This document shows, piece by piece, positions 12,298 to 26,040 of a DNA stretch of 64,000 nucleotides. Origin of the DNA: Torpedo marmorata (taxonomy: Eukaryota); assembly GCA_977017645.1 (NCBI GenBank), contig OZ360219.1:69564001-69628000 (forward strand), in the 5' to 3' direction. Below the pieces are notes generated by a model. That model was not told the DNA's origin and made no database searches. It was given only the letters and a program-made list of their open reading frames with translations. The translations under genes and the position numbers were made by a program. The stretch's first letter is position 1. The number at the start of each line of letters is the position of its first letter.

Positions 12298-14232
12298 TAG
12301 AACCATAAAATACAACACAGAAAACAGGACATTCAGCCCTTCTGGTATGTGCCCAACTATTATTCTACCTAGTCCCACTGACCTGCACTCCTCCCCTCCA
12401 TGTATCTGTCAACATATTTCTTAAATGTTAAAATTGAGCCCACATTCACAACTTCAGCTGGCAGCTCGTTCCACACTCCCACCACTCTCTGAAGAAATTT
12501 CCCCTCATCTTCCCCCTAAACTTCTCCCCTTTCACCTTTAACCCATGGTTTGTATCTCATCCAACGTCAGTGGTAAAAGCCGGCTTGCATTTACTCTATC
12601 GATACCCGTCATAATTATGTATAGCTCTATCAAATCTCCCCTCATTCTTCTATGCTCCAGGGAATGAAGTCCTAACCTGTTTAACTTTTCCCTGAAACTC
12701 AGTTCAAGTCCCAGCAATATCATGGTAAATTTTCTCTGCGCTCTTTCAATCTTATTGACATCTTTCCTGTAGTTAGGTGACCAAAATTGCACACAATACT
12801 CCATATTTGGCCTCACTATTGTCTTATTCAATTTTACTGTAACATCCCAACTCCTCTACTCAATACTTTCATTTCTGATGCCCAATATGCCAAAAGCTCT
12901 CTTTACGACCCTATCTACCTGTGACGCCACTTTCAGGGAATTATGTATCCATATTCCCAGATCCCTCTGTTCTACCGCACTCCTCAGTGCCCTACCATTT
13001 ACTGTGTATGTCCTACCTTGGTTTGTCCTTCTAAAATGTAATGTCTCACATTTGTCTGCATTAAATTCCATCTGCCGTTTTGCAGCCCATTTTTACAGCT
13101 GGTCCAGATCCCTCTGCAAGTTTTGAATGCCTTCCTTGCTGTCCACTACACCTCCAATCTTTGTGTCATCTGCAAACTTGCTGATGCATTTTACCACATT
13201 TTCATCTAGATTATTGATATAGATGGGAAACAACAATGGACCTAACACCAATCCTTGAGGCACAGCGCTCATCACAGGCCTCCAGTCAGAGAGGTAATCA
13301 TCCACTACCACTCTCTGGCTTCTCCCCTAAAGCCAATGTCAAATCCAATTTACTACCTCACCATGAATAGCGAGCATCTGAACCTTCCTGACTAACGTCC
13401 CATGTGGAACATTGTCAAAGGCTTTACTAAAGTTCATGTAGACAACATCCAAAGCCTTTCCTTCATCAACTTTCCTGGTAACCTCCTTGAAAAACTAAGA
13501 TAGGTTCAACGCGACCTACCACGCACAAAGCCATGTTGACTATCACTAATCAGACCCTGACAATACAAATACTTGTATATCCGATCTCTTCGAATAGCTT
13601 CCAAGAACTTACCTACTATTGATGTCAGGCTCATTGAAAAACTAAAATTGGTTAAACGCAACCTACCAGGCACAAAGCCATGTTGACTATCACTAATCAG
13701 ACCCTGACAATACAAATACTAGTGTATCCGATCTCTTCGAATAGCTTCCAAGAACTTACCTACTATTGATGTCAGGCTCATTGGCCTATAATTTCCTGAG
13801 TTATTTTTGGAGCATTATTTTAAACAACAGAACAATACGAGCTACCCTCCAATTCTCCGGCACCTCACCTGTGGCCAACACATTTTAAAAATATCTGCCA
13901 GGGCCCCTGCATTTTCTGCACTAGCCTCCCTCAAGGTCCGAGGGAATACCTTGCCTGGCCCTGGGGATTTTTCCACCCCTATTTCACTTTAAGACAGCAA
14001 GCACCCCTCTTTTTTAATCTGTATAGGTTCCATTACCTCACTGCTTGTTTGCCCAATTTCCCTTGACCCTGTGCCAGTTTCCTGAGTAAATACAGATGCA
14101 AAAAAAAAAAAAAAAACATTTACGCTATCTCACATCACTTGGCTGCAGACATAGCTTACCACTCTGATCTTCAAGAGGACCAATTTTGTCTCTTACTATC
14201 CTTTTGCATTTAATGTACCTGTAGAAGCCCTT
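12298..14232 (-). mobile_element. CR1 LINE 3' part, tail-to-tail with the previous copy; internal ~147-bp tandem duplication
   Basis: Minus-strand ORFs with ISKFADDTK and EYCVQFWSP. Duplicated units at ~13490-13636 and ~13637-13783. Confidence 0.9.
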
Positions 14233-14234
14233 AG

Positions 14235-15031
14235 ATCATAGATCTCAAATCTGCCGAACATCAGCTCCCCATCCGCCGGGAGGACCGCCCCTACACCACC
14301 TTTGAGGCGGACGGCAGGCTCTATCACTTCAGGCGTGTCCCCTTCAGGGTCACAAATGGGGTATCCGTCTTCCAGAGGGAGATGGACAGGATGGTGGACT
14401 AGTGCCAGTTAAAGGCCACATTCCCATACCTGGACAACATTACTATCTGCGATCACGACCGGCACGACCATGATAACAATCTACGGTCACTGTCACCCCC
14501 GCACCGACCATTAGAGATACACAGGAGACACCACCCAATTCAAAACAACACCAAACGAGACCCCCGTACCGGCATACACACACACACGAGGTTTTGCTGA
14601 CGCCAGACGTGCTGGCACCTCCAATCAGGCAGGAGGCAGCACCACCACCTGCCCCATCACCACAAATACTGTGCTGATCACAGCGGCGGACTCGACCGCC
14701 TGATCGACTCGACCTGTAAATATACTAATTTGTAATTTCTTTTGTAAATATGGTTACACCTTTCACCCCGTGGGACTCTTTTAAAAGGAGGGGTGAATGT
14801 GGTAAACCACTATGTATAGGTTGTGGCTGGGTGATATGTCTGGACATGCCCTCTGCTGACTGTCCCGGTGGCTCCTCCCACAGACCCCTGGAAAAAAGGC
14901 CATTGTGCCACCACTCCTCCCCCAGTCCGGGACAGATTACCAGCAAAGATATGACTCCATTCTTTTGCTAATAAAAGCCTTTCAGTTCTAGTACAACTTC
15001 TAGTCTTTTGATGTTATTGATGGGCTCATCA
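14235..15031 (+). mobile_element. Deleted Gypsy LTR retrotransposon: RT fragment, polypurine tract and 3' LTR (14798-15031)
   Basis: Manual translation of 14238-14483 gives IDLKSA..QLPIRREDRPYTTFEADGRLYHF.RVPF.VTNG...FPYLDN. Polypurine tract AAAAGGAGGGGTGAA precedes TG at 14798; AATAAA near 14970; CA end at 15031. Confidence 0.8.
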
Positions 15032-18000
15032 ATATGATGGAGCTTATTAAAGATCTGTCAAAAGACGTTAAAGAATCTAAAAAAGATGGAAAGGAGATTA
15101 AATCTTCTCTTGCTCAGGTCGTCAAGACTCTTGAAGAATTACGGTCGACTATTGAAACTCATGATACCAAAATCAAGGAATTGGGACGGGCAGCTGAGGT
15201 TCATGAAGCCGAACTTGAAGATGTATAACAAATTAATTCATTGCTAAGCAGATCTAATGATATTTTACTGAAGAAGGTGGTTGATCTCGAGGTGAGAAGC
15301 AGAAGAAACAATTTGAGAATCATCGGTCTAAAAGAGGGAACTGAGATGGGCCAGCCTTCCAAATTCTTTGCTGAATTCCTTCGTGAGGTGATTGGTGAAG
15401 ATTTGCTGCCTACAGTACCTGAAATTGACAGAGCGCATCGATCCCTAATTTCTAAGCCTGCTTCTGGTGGCAAATCTCACTCTGTTATTCTCTGTCTACA
15501 TCGCTTTCAAATTAAAGATCAACTTCTGAGAGAATCCCGTCGTAGAGGGATGTTACAATATCGTGGACAGACCATTCTGATCGTGGACGACTATCCTGCT
15601 GAAATTATGAAAGAACGATCTCAATATAAAGATGTTGTGTTTCAGCTCTACAAAGCTGGCTTCAAGCCTTCGTTACGCTTTCCAGCCCGATTATGAATCA
15701 ATCTGCCGGACAATTCTTTGAAATGGTTCAAGTCTTCCAAGGCTGCTTGTCAGTTCTTGGAGGAAACTTCAACTACTTCGACTGCTTAGTAAAATACTGA
15801 CATTTTGACTCTAAATATTTTTCTTCTTGTTTTGTTATGTAAGTAGTGGGTTATTTCTTATCTGGACATTCTATTTACCGCGGTATATGTTTCAATTAAG
15901 TTCTCTTTAACGTTTTTTTTTTTTTTTTTATTGTGCCGTGGTATTAATTACCTTCTTTTCAGAATGCGGATTCTGCTTAGCCTTTTCCTTTCTCTTGTCT
16001 CTATAAATGAAGTAGAGCCTGTTTTTCTTATTCCTTCGTTTAAATCTTTCTTTCCTTTATAGGATTATCAAAGTAATATTCTCTTTTTTTGAATTGATTA
16101 ATCATCTTAGGTTCGGTTTCTGGATTTCTTTTTAACCATAATATAACATCTGTTCTTTTATTGGCCTTCATTTCAGTACTATTTGTCTTTTCTAGTCATA
16201 ACATGCCTAACAATTGTGGGAATTTGGCTTTTTTTTTAAACTTCTTTTTCTGGAAGTGCTGCCAACAGCGAGATTTGGGGGGTAGTTATTTTGTTTACGA
16301 GCGTACTGTTAAACACAGTTTGGGCTAATTAGGAGGGGGGAGGGATTCACAAGTTTATTTTGGGTTTGATTGGTGAAGTTATGTTGATGGTTTTTGAATG
16401 GATATGCCATGATACTTCGAGAGTGTCTATCAGCTTATTAATTAATATTTTTTTGATTCTGGGGTTTTTTTCATTATGCTATTGATTTTGAATTGATTAG
16501 ATGGCTATAGGTCTTAAGGTAATCTCGTGGAATATCTCGGGTTTGAATCACCCGATGAAACGTCGTAGTTTTTTCACATATTAAAAAGTTTCAGCCTGGG
16601 ATAATTTTCTTACAAGAAACCCATCTGCGTTTATCTGATACCTCTCGTTTTTTAATGTCTGGAAGGGACAGCACTTCCACTCATCATTTATGGCTAAGTC
16701 TGGAGGCGTTTCAATTTTGATTGATCAATCTGTTCCATTCATTAAACATAACGTTATCGCTGAAACTAATGGACGTTTTTTAATTTTGTCCGGCAAGCTG
16801 TATAATAAATTGTTTGTGTTTGTTAATGTTTATGGCCCCAATATTGAAGATCCAAACTTTTTTGAACGTCTTTTCTCTCTTTTACTGGACTTAAATTTAT
16901 ATTCTTTGATTGTTGGAGGCGATTTAAATTGTTGGCTAGACCGTGTGCTTGACCGTTCATCTCCCAAAATTGTCACTTTAAATAAGTCTGCTATACTTAT
17001 CAACTCATTTATGACACAGTCAGGTATTATAGACGTTTGGAGATTTCTCCATCCTAATGATAAGGAATTTTCTTTTTTCTCTAATTTACATCATACTTAT
17101 TCACGGATTGACTATTTTCTCGCAGACCAACAATTAATTCCACTCGTTGATTCTTGTAAATATGAGAGTATAATAATTTCAGATCATTCTCTGGTGATTT
17201 TATCTATTAATGTCCCAGATTTACACAGAACCACGAAACAATGGTGTTTGAATCCTATTGTGTTGTTTGACCCTGACTTTGAAATTTATGAAAGATCACA
17301 TTGCCTTTTTTTTTTAATGTAAATTCCTCTTCTGAGGTCTCTGATTTGGTTATCTGGGATTACTTTAAAGCATACATTAGGGGCTAAATAATTTCTTTCA
17401 TGGCTAAAGTAAAAAAGAGTGCTAATTTAGAGAGAAATGAACTGCTAACCAATTGAAATCTATTGACCAGCAATATGCCTTAACTCCTAAACATGAGTTG
17501 TTTAAAAAAAGGGTTGAACTTAAAACGAGACATGATTTACTTCTTACTTATCCTATTCAGACCCAACTTTTAAAAAGTAAATCTAATTTTTACGTACATG
17601 GGGATAAGGCTGGGAAACTCTTAGCTAGCCAAATTAGAAACTACACAGCTAAATAACTCATTACAGAAATTCGTAAGGATGACAGAGTGATTACTACTGA
17701 CCATGGTGAGATAAATGACACCTTTTCTCAACATTATTCTAAACTATATAGTACTGAATCGATTAAAGATTCAGATTCGCCAATGCAATTTTTGGACAAA
17801 TTAAATATTCCTTCATTGTCTTCAGAGAAGCATTCACTGTTGGAGAAACCTATTTATTCTGAAGAGATTGTCACAGCAATTAACTCTTTGCAGCCTGGTA
17901 AAGTTTCTGGTCCCAATGGTTTCCCAGCAGAATTTTATAAGACTTTTTCCCATTTGTTGACACCTTATCTAGATTCCGTACTTTCTGAATCTTTGACTGC

Positions 18001-21000
18001 TGGAAGACTACCGGATACCTTTTATGAAGCTTCAATTTCCCTTATCCCTAAAAAGAATAAAGACCCTTCTGATTGTTCTTCCTAACGGCCAATTTCTCTT
18101 TTGAATGTTGATGCTAAGATATTGTCTAAAGTTTTGGCCCGTAGACTAGAATATATTATGCCTTTCATTATCTCTGAAGATCAAACTGGATTTATAAAGG
18201 GTCGTTATTCACAATTTAATATCCGTCGTTTATTAAATATCCTTTACTCTCCCACTGTTTCACCTTCTGAATGTGTTATTTCCTTAGATGCTGAGAAAGC
18301 TTTTGATAGAGTAGAATGGAACTATTTATTTAATGTATTAGAGAAATTTAATTTTGGCCCCAAATTTATTAATTGGATTAAATTAATATATCTGTCTCCT
18401 ACTGCTTCAATTCTTATTAACTCAATGAAATCCAAACCATTTAAGCTCCACCGTGGAACTAGACAAGGTTGCCCTTTAAGCCCATTATTATTTAATTTAG
18501 CATTAGAACCATTAGCAGTGGCCTTTCGGCAATCTGATGACATTTCTGGTATTACAAGGGGTGGGACTGTTCATAAGGTCTCGCTTTATGCAGATGACCT
18601 TCTATTGTATATATCTGACCCTGATCATTCAATTCCAACTATTTTATCACTCCATCAGTTTGGTCAATTTTCTGGATATAAATTAAATCTCCAAAAAAGT
18701 GAGTTGTTTGTCTTAAACTCCTCTTGCTCTCTAGATTTTGCCATTCCTTTTAAAATTGTTAAAAAATCAATTTAATTATTTACGTGTTACTATTACTAAG
18801 AATTTCAACAATCTGGTTAAGGAGAACTTTCTTACTTTAATGAAGCACGTTAAGAAATCCCTCGTTCAGTGGTCTCCTTTTTCAATGTCCCTAATTGGAC
18901 GTATTAATGTTATTAAGATGAATATCCTGCCTAAGTTCTTATATATTTTTCAAGCTGTATCTGTCTTTGTTCCCAAAACTTTTTTGATTCGCTCGATTCT
19001 GTTATCTCCTCCTTTATCTGGAAAAATAAATGCCCCCATCTTAATAAAACTTTCCTTCAAAATCCTAAAAAGAAAGGGGGATTGGTGTTGCCTAATTTTA
19101 GATTTTATTATTGGGCAGCTAATATTAGATATTAATTTTTGGATCCATCATAAGAACAGACAGGATGTTGCTAGTTGGATCAATTTGGAAATTGATCCTA
19201 CCAAGAAGTATTCCCTCATTTCGATAGTTGGAGCACCATTACCCTTTTCTGCTTCTAAATTAACTGATAACTTTGTTGTTAAACATACGTTGAGGATTTG
19301 GTTTCAATTTAGAAAACATTTTGGATGCCATAGATTTTAATTAATCAGTCCCCTTTTAGCTAATTCCTTTTTTTTTTTACCTTCGGTGCAAGATTTTGGT
19401 TTTTGCCGATGGTCAGAGTTTGGTATCCAATCTTTTCAAGATCTCTTTTTTGACCAAATTTTGGCATTTTTGAACAATTATCTTCTAAATTTAAAATAAC
19501 TAAACATCATTTTTTTAGATATTTAGAGATTAGGAGTTGTTTTTTTTAATTCCTTGGTATTAAAACTCCCTCAAGATTTGGAATTAAAGGTGATAGAGAA
19601 GATTTATAATCTTAAACCGAATACTAAAAAGTTATCAGTTTTTTAATGAGTTATTATTGATGTCCAGTGGTAATTCCCTAGACAAGACTAAAAAATTACG
19701 GGAGCAAGATTTTCAACAAGAATTTTCTGATGCTACATGGGATTCTGTCTTGAAATTGGTTAATTCATCTTCTCTATGCGCCCAACATTCATTGTTGCAA
19801 ATTAAAGTAGTACATTGAGCTCACTATTCCAAAGTTCAATTGGCAGAATTTTATTCTAATTTCTCGTCAAAATGTGATAGATGTAAGACTGAAGAAGGTA
19901 CATTATTTCATAGGTTTTGGTCATGTTCCTCGCTTTCCAATTATTGGGAAAGTATTTTCCGTACCTTGTCTTAATATTAATCTGGCTTCTAACCATTTTC
20001 TCACCCTATTTGGAATAAGTAAGTCAGCTGATTTAAATTTATCTAGGCTACAATCCCATGTAGTTGCCTTTGCTCTCTTATTGCCAGAAGAGCTATACAT
20101 GAGATGGAAGGATGCTGTCCCTCCTACACATACTCAATGGTTATCTGATGTGGTGGCATGCTTGACTCTAGAAAAAAATCAGATGCTCTACTAATGAAAT
20201 GAACCTTAATTTTCTAAATTTATGGGGTCCTTTCCTTAATTATTATCAGAATTTATAAGATTATTGGATCTGAAGCAGAGTATAAAGCAAGGATTTTGTC
20301 TGATCATTCACCTTTATTGATGACAGTTGTTGTACCTGATAAAGAAAAATTGATATATAGATGGTGATTAAACCCTTTATTATTAAAAAGAATAGATTTT
20401 TGTGATTTTATAAGGAGGCAAATTCAGATATTTTGTGAAACAAATCTAAACTCCGTGCCTGATAAATTTGTAATATGGGAAACTTTGAAAGTATATTTAA
20501 GAGGTCAAATCATAAGTTATTCCTCAAAAATTAAAAAGGAATATATAAGAGAAATAGACCAATTAGAAAAAGAAATAACGATTTTAGATAAGGATTTACA
20601 AAGAGGAGCTCTGTAGATAAACGTAGACAATTAACTAATAAAAAACTTCAATATAATGTATTACAGACTTATAGAACGGAGAAGATTATTACAAGAACTA
20701 AGCAAAGATATTATGAGTTAGGCGTACATTCACATAAAGTATTAGCATGGCAATTAAAAACAGAACAGGCATCAAGAACAATTAATGCAGTTAAAACTGA
20801 GGCTGATGTTATTAGCTATAAACCTCAAATAATAAATGATTCTTTAAAAAAAATTCTATTCTGATTTATATAAATCAGAGTCTCTGCAAGATGATATTAA
20901 AATCGATAGATATTTATCACAGATAAATTTACCAAGATTAAATATGTAAGAGCAATTAGAATTAAGTACCCAGTTTACGCAGAAGGAAGTGAAAGATGCA

Positions 21001-21361
21001 ATGAGTTCATTACAAAGTAATAAAGCACCGGGAGAGGATGGTTTTCCGCCAGAGTTTTATAAAGAGTTTAAAGAATTATTACCGTATATTTCGGCGTATA
21101 AGTCGACCCTTGAAACCCTCAAAAATGTCTCAAAAAACGGGGGTCGACTTATACGCCGGATATACTTTTGAGACCTTAAATTCAGCTCAAAATCGAGTTC
21201 ACGCCGATCCGGCGTATAAGTCGACCCCTGAAAACACGATTCGGCGTATAAGTCGACCCCTGAAAACACGATTCGGCGTATAAGTCGACCCCTGAAAAAC
21301 CAAAAAAAAACCCGACTGCAACAAATTTTCATTGACATTTTAATTGAAAACAACAAGACAT

Positions 21362-22699
21362 TTAGAACCCTTCAAAATCACTTTCGCTATCATCGTCTGA
21401 GGCAAAGATCTCGGCAAGCACATCCGGGGTCTCACTGTTTAAACAGTCATCGTACGGGTCCCAGTCTGTATCTGATGAGGCGGCTTCAGCTTCGTCGTCA
21501 GTGTCCCACAATAAATCATCTTCCGTACCATCAATTGCACAAGAGATACCGCACTTTTTAAACGATTTTATTACAGTCTCTACTTTCACTTTGTCCCATG
21601 CCTTGAGCACGAAGTCACACAGCACATCAAGCGATGCAGCACGCATTGCCCCGCCTTTTGTAAATGATTTTTCTGCACTCGACATCCATGTATTCCACTC
21701 TTCACGCACGTGGTCTTTGAATGGCTTGTTCAAGCAGACATCGAGAGGTTGCAATATAGACGTCAAACCACCCGGGATAACCGCCATGTGAGTATTATGT
21801 TGTGCTAATGTACTTTTAGTCTTCTCAGTTAAGTGGCTACGAAACATATCCCAGACCAGCAAACTCCGTTCCTTGCGTAAACCGCCTGGCCGCCTGTTCC
21901 ACACATTGTCTATCCATAGTTTTACACCATTTTCATCCATCCATCCTTTTTCATGAAAATGTACAAAAATACCTGCTGGGAAATTCATCTTAGGTTTAAG
22001 TTTGCGCTTGAAGATTACCATGGGTCTTAACTTTGTCCCGTCGGCCATGCACGATAACACCGCAGTAAACCTGGTCCTTTCATGTCCTGTACTCCTGGTT
22101 TGTACAGTTTTCACATCTTTCCATTCCACTGTTCTATTGCCTATCATGTCAAAATTCATGGGGGTTTCGTCCATGTTTCCAATATTTGCCAATGCAAACT
22201 TGTGTTTCTTCCGGTTACGTAAAATAAACTGGTGAAAACTTACAACTTTATGATCAAGATCTTTTGGTAGTTTCTGAGCAATTTTAGTTTTTTGTCGTAA
22301 TACCAGATTTTTCCTGTTCATAAAACGGTTGCACCAGCCTACTGAAGCTTCAAAATCATTACTGAGTTCTGGGTGCGACTTTGCCCAGTTCAGTGCAAAT
22401 GTTCTTATTTTATTTCGGGTGACTATGTAGCAATCTTGCCTCTGTTCACGTACCCATACTGCTACATGATTTTCCAACTCTGGCCAACGAGTGATTCCTC
22501 TTCTCATGGAACATTGCCTTTTTGGTATTTTTCTTAAAGTCTCTTCTTTCTTCCTCCAATCTCTTACCAACTTCTCATATATACCAAATTTTCTTGCAGC
22601 AGCACAGTTGTTGGTTTTCTTGGCCATTTCTATTACTTTCAATTTAAAACTCGCCTCATACTTTCGTCGTTTCAATTGAGCCTTCAATGAAGCCTCCAT
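21362..22699 (-). CDS. pogo/Passer transposase, 445 aa (Brinker-type HTH, CENP-B HTH, DDE_1)
   Basis: Open ORF with NMDETP, VWD and QPLD; I count 35 residues between the last two Asp. Acidic C-terminal tail. Confidence 0.92.
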   Translation of the reverse strand: MEASLKAQLKRRKYEASFKLKVIEMAKKTNNCAAARKFGIYEKLVRDWRKKEETLRKIPKRQCSMRRGITRWPELENHVAVWVREQRQDCYIVTRNKIRTFALNWAKSHPELSNDFEASVGWCNRFMNRKNLVLRQKTKIAQKLPKDLDHKVVSFHQFILRNRKKHKFALANIGNMDETPMNFDMIGNRTVEWKDVKTVQTRSTGHERTRFTAVLSCMADGTKLRPMVIFKRKLKPKMNFPAGIFVHFHEKGWMDENGVKLWIDNVWNRRPGGLRKERSLLVWDMFRSHLTEKTKSTLAQHNTHMAVIPGGLTSILQPLDVCLNKPFKDHVREEWNTWMSSAEKSFTKGGAMRAASLDVLCDFVLKAWDKVKVETVIKSFKKCGISCAIDGTEDDLLWDTDDEAEAASSDTDWDPYDDCLNSETPDVLAEIFASDDDSESDFEGF

Positions 22700-22716
22700 G
22701 ATAACAATCACCTCCA

Positions 22717-23095
22717 GCCAACGCCCAGCAGCTCAATGATCGCGATCGTTATGGGTCGACCTATACGCCGGTCAACGCCCAGCAGCTCAATGATCGCGAT
22801 CGTTATGGGTCGACCTATACGCCGGTCAACGCCCAGCAGCTCAATGATCGCGATCGTTATGGGTCGATCTATACGCCAGTCAACGCCCAGCAGCTCAATG
22901 ATCTCGATCGTTGTGGGTCGATCTATACGTCATTCAACGGCCAGCAGCTCAATCATCGCGTTTTTTTAGGGTCGACCTATACGCCGGTCAACGCCCAGCA
23001 GCTCAATCATCGCGTTTTTTGAGGGTCGACTTATACGCCGGTCAATGCGCAACATCTCAGGCATCGAGATTTTTGGGGTCGACTTATACGCCGGA
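22717..23095. repeat. ~48-bp tandem array in the transposon 5' subterminal region
   Basis: Unit CAACGCCCAGCAGCTCAATGATCGCGATCGTTATGGGTCGACCTATACGCCGGT-like repeated about 6-7 times; each unit embeds the TIR core GTCGAC(C/T)TATACGCC. Confidence 0.9.
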
Positions 23096-26040
23096 TATAC
23101 CATAAAACCATTAAAATGAGGCTGAAAAAGGGGGGGTCGACTTATCCGCCGGTCGACTTATACGCCGAAATATACGGTAATTCCTGTTTTTATGGATATG
23201 TTACAGCAAGCGTCTGTGACTCATACACTTCCAGAATCTTTTTCTACTGCAATAATTACAGTAATACCAAAAAAAGATAGAGACCCATTGAAACCTTCAT
23301 CAGAAAGACCAATTTCATTACTGAATGCAGATTATAAGATTGTGGCGAAATTCTTGGCCAATAGGATAACAAACTTTTTGCCAAAATTAGTAAATATGGA
23401 TCAAACAGGCTTTATAAAAAAAAGACAAGCAGCTGTGAATGTAGCAAGGTTACTTAGTATTGTTCATTTAGCTCAAAAAAGAAAAGTACTAAGTGTCGCG
23501 GTGGCACTAAACGCAGAGAAAGCTTTTGATAGACTGGAGTGGGATTTTTTTGTTTAAAGTATTGGAGAAATTTGGATTTGGAAGGATTTATATAGATTGG
23601 ATTAAAGCATTATATAATGCTCCAAAAGCTAAAGTAGTGACTAACAGACACATATCAACTTTGTTTTATTTGACAAGATCTAGCCGACAAGGGTGCCCAT
23701 TGTCACCAGCTTTATTTATATTAGCTATAGAACCATTGGCAGAGGCAATTAGAAGTGATTTGGCAATTAAGGGATTTACAGTTGGTCAAGAGCAACATAA
23801 AATCAGTTTATTTGCGGATGATGTTTTAATATATTTGACAGAGCCTGAGACTTCTCTGCAAAGACTGCATTTTAAATTGGAGGAATATGGGAAAGTTTCT
23901 GGTTATAAGATAAACTGGGATAAAAGTGAAATTATGCCTCTTACAGAGGGAGATTATACTTTATGTAAAATAAGTACTCAGTTTAAATGGCCACATAATG
24001 GGATAAAATATCTCGGGATTCGAAAAGATAATAATTTTAAAAATTTATATAAGTGGAATTATTTACCACTGCTTAAAAAGATTAAAGAAGATTTGGAAAA
24101 ATGGATTAATTTACCTATTACATTGATAGGAAGAGTTAACTGTATTAAAATGAATATATTTCCAAGGATACAGTATTTGTATCAAACTATACCTATTTTA
24201 TTACCACAGGTTTTTTTTTTCAGGATTTAAATAAACAAGTGAGAAAATTTATTTGGAAAGGTAAAATGTCAAGAGTTTCTATGGAACGTTTAACATGGAA
24301 ATACGAATTGGGAGGTTTACAACTCCCTAATTTTAAAAATTATTATCGAGCGGCACAAATAAGATTTGTTACTTCTTTTTTTGAAAGTGAAGGAAGACCT
24401 GCATGGGTTGGAATAGAGCTTGGAGAAATAGGAGAAAAGGTACCAGAAGAATTTATATATAAATGGAATTCAAAATTATTGGCAGGTGTTAAAGAAGCAC
24501 CGTTATTAAAACATTTGATTAATGCTTGGAACAAGATTAACGATGAGATAGGGATGAAAGGAACTATATCACCTAAAATGTCTTTGATACAGAATAATCT
24601 TATACCTTTTACAAAAGATAATCAATTTTTAAACATATGGTCACAGAAAGGAATAAAGAAGATATAAGATTGTTATGAAGGGAACCAATTGATGTCGTTT
24701 ACACAATTACGAAACAAATATGGAATACCCAATAATACTCTTTTTTGTTATTTTCAATTAAGAGGTTATTTAAGGGAGAAACTAGGTCCGGATATGTTGT
24801 TACAAGATTGTAGTGAGGTAGAAACCCTTATTAGGAAAGGAAATATTAAAAAATTTACTTCTATAATATATTCTTTGTTACAAAGGGGAGTTTTAAAACA
24901 AGGACTTCATAAATCTAGACAAAGATGGGAGCAAGATCTTAATGTTATAATTGATGAAAAAAGATGGTCGGATTTATGTCAAGATAGTATGACTAATACT
25001 ATTAATGTAAGATATAGATTAGTACAGTATAATTTTTACATCAACTATATCTTACACCACAAAAATTGAATAAGATAAAATCTACATTATCAAATAAGTG
25101 TTTTAGATGTGGTGAAGAGGAGGGAACCTTTCTACGTTCAACATGGTTATGCCCTAAAGTAAAATGTTTTTGGATAGAGTTAGGGAACCGGTTAAAACAA
25201 ATTACAGGTGTTACATTTCCACAGAATCCTGATTTATTTTTATTAGGGAATGTGGAAGGAACTAGACCAAAGTTGAAGTTATCTACATAGCAATTGAAAT
25301 TTGTAAAAATTGCTTTAGCAGTAGCAAGGAAGTGTATAGCAGTAACTTGGAAATCAGATTTAGGCATGGATAGATGGAATATAGATATGCGGAGTTGTAT
25401 TCCATTTGGAAAAAATAACATATAACATGAGAAACAAATATGGGATATTTTTGCAAATTTGGCATCCATATATCCATCCAATCATTAGGTATGAATATTT
25501 AAATGTGTTGACTCTCTCAAATTTAAAGAATAAATATTATTGAATGCCACGCGTCGAATCGTGGACCCAGCAGCGATCCGTGCAGATGTTTTTTTTTAAT
25601 AAGTAATACCAATGCCTTCCTTTCTGTTCTTTTCTTTTAGTTTTTAGTAAGGGGAGGGAATTAAAGGGAGGGGAAGGGTGGAGGGTGGGGTAGCAGTATT
25701 ATAGAGGGTGGGTTAAGGGATGGGTTAGATAAACTATGTTTTTTATTTACTGGAATTAATAATGTATATTACGTATGTTGTACTACTGTAAGAAAATTCA
25801 AAATTTAAAATAAAATATTAAAAAATAAAAAAAAAGATTATTGGATCCCATTTTATGGTTGGTTGCTTTTTCTTTCATACATTAGTGGAACATGTGTTTA
25901 ATCATAACTTCACAAGGGAGGGGTTAGATTATTAGAGTAGTTATTTTTATTTATTTCTTGTCTCTTTCATAGGTTGTTTACAGCCATTTGTTAATATACA
26001 TTTACTTTGTTGGATATATATTCTTGTTGTTACCTATGTA

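Larger units (their letters stand above)
21082..23177 (-). mobile_element. pogo-superfamily (Passer/POGK-like, DD35D) DNA transposon, full length, copy 1
   Basis: TIRs CCGTATATTTCGGCGTATAAGTCGACC at both ends. TA TSD at 21080-21081 and 23178-23179. Subterminal repeats; uninterrupted transposase. Confidence 0.95.
20271..25833 (+). mobile_element. 5'-truncated L1 (younger subfamily) with 14-bp TSD, interrupted by a pogo transposon
   Basis: TSD AAGATTATTGGATC at 20257-20270 and 25834-25847. ORF2 fragments (SRQGCPLSP, LFADD, CFRC). The reading frame KELL|IPVF is split by 21082-23177. Confidence 0.92.
15032..26040 (+). mobile_element. Older near-full-length L1 (ORF1 ~15034-15790, ORF2 ~16500-20258, 3' UTR resumes at 25848)
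   Basis: ORF1 coiled coil and DLEVRSRRNNLRIIGL/RAHR motifs. ORF2 fragments GGDLN, SRIDY, DAEKAFD, TRQGCPLSP, LYADD with many stops and frameshifts. Hosts the L1 at 20271-25833. Confidence 0.88.

Noticed and set aside
11700-13320. Large inverted repeat centred near 12297
   Set aside because: Two independent, diverged CR1 copies lying tail-to-tail, with different indels; not a duplication.
21362-22699. Domesticated POGK gene
   Set aside because: No KRAB exon; intact TIRs and TA TSD; two copies inserted within other repeats.
22717-23095. Regularly spaced repeats resembling a CRISPR array
   Set aside because: Units are contiguous with no unique spacers, lie inside a TIR transposon, and no cas genes are present; the context is eukaryotic.
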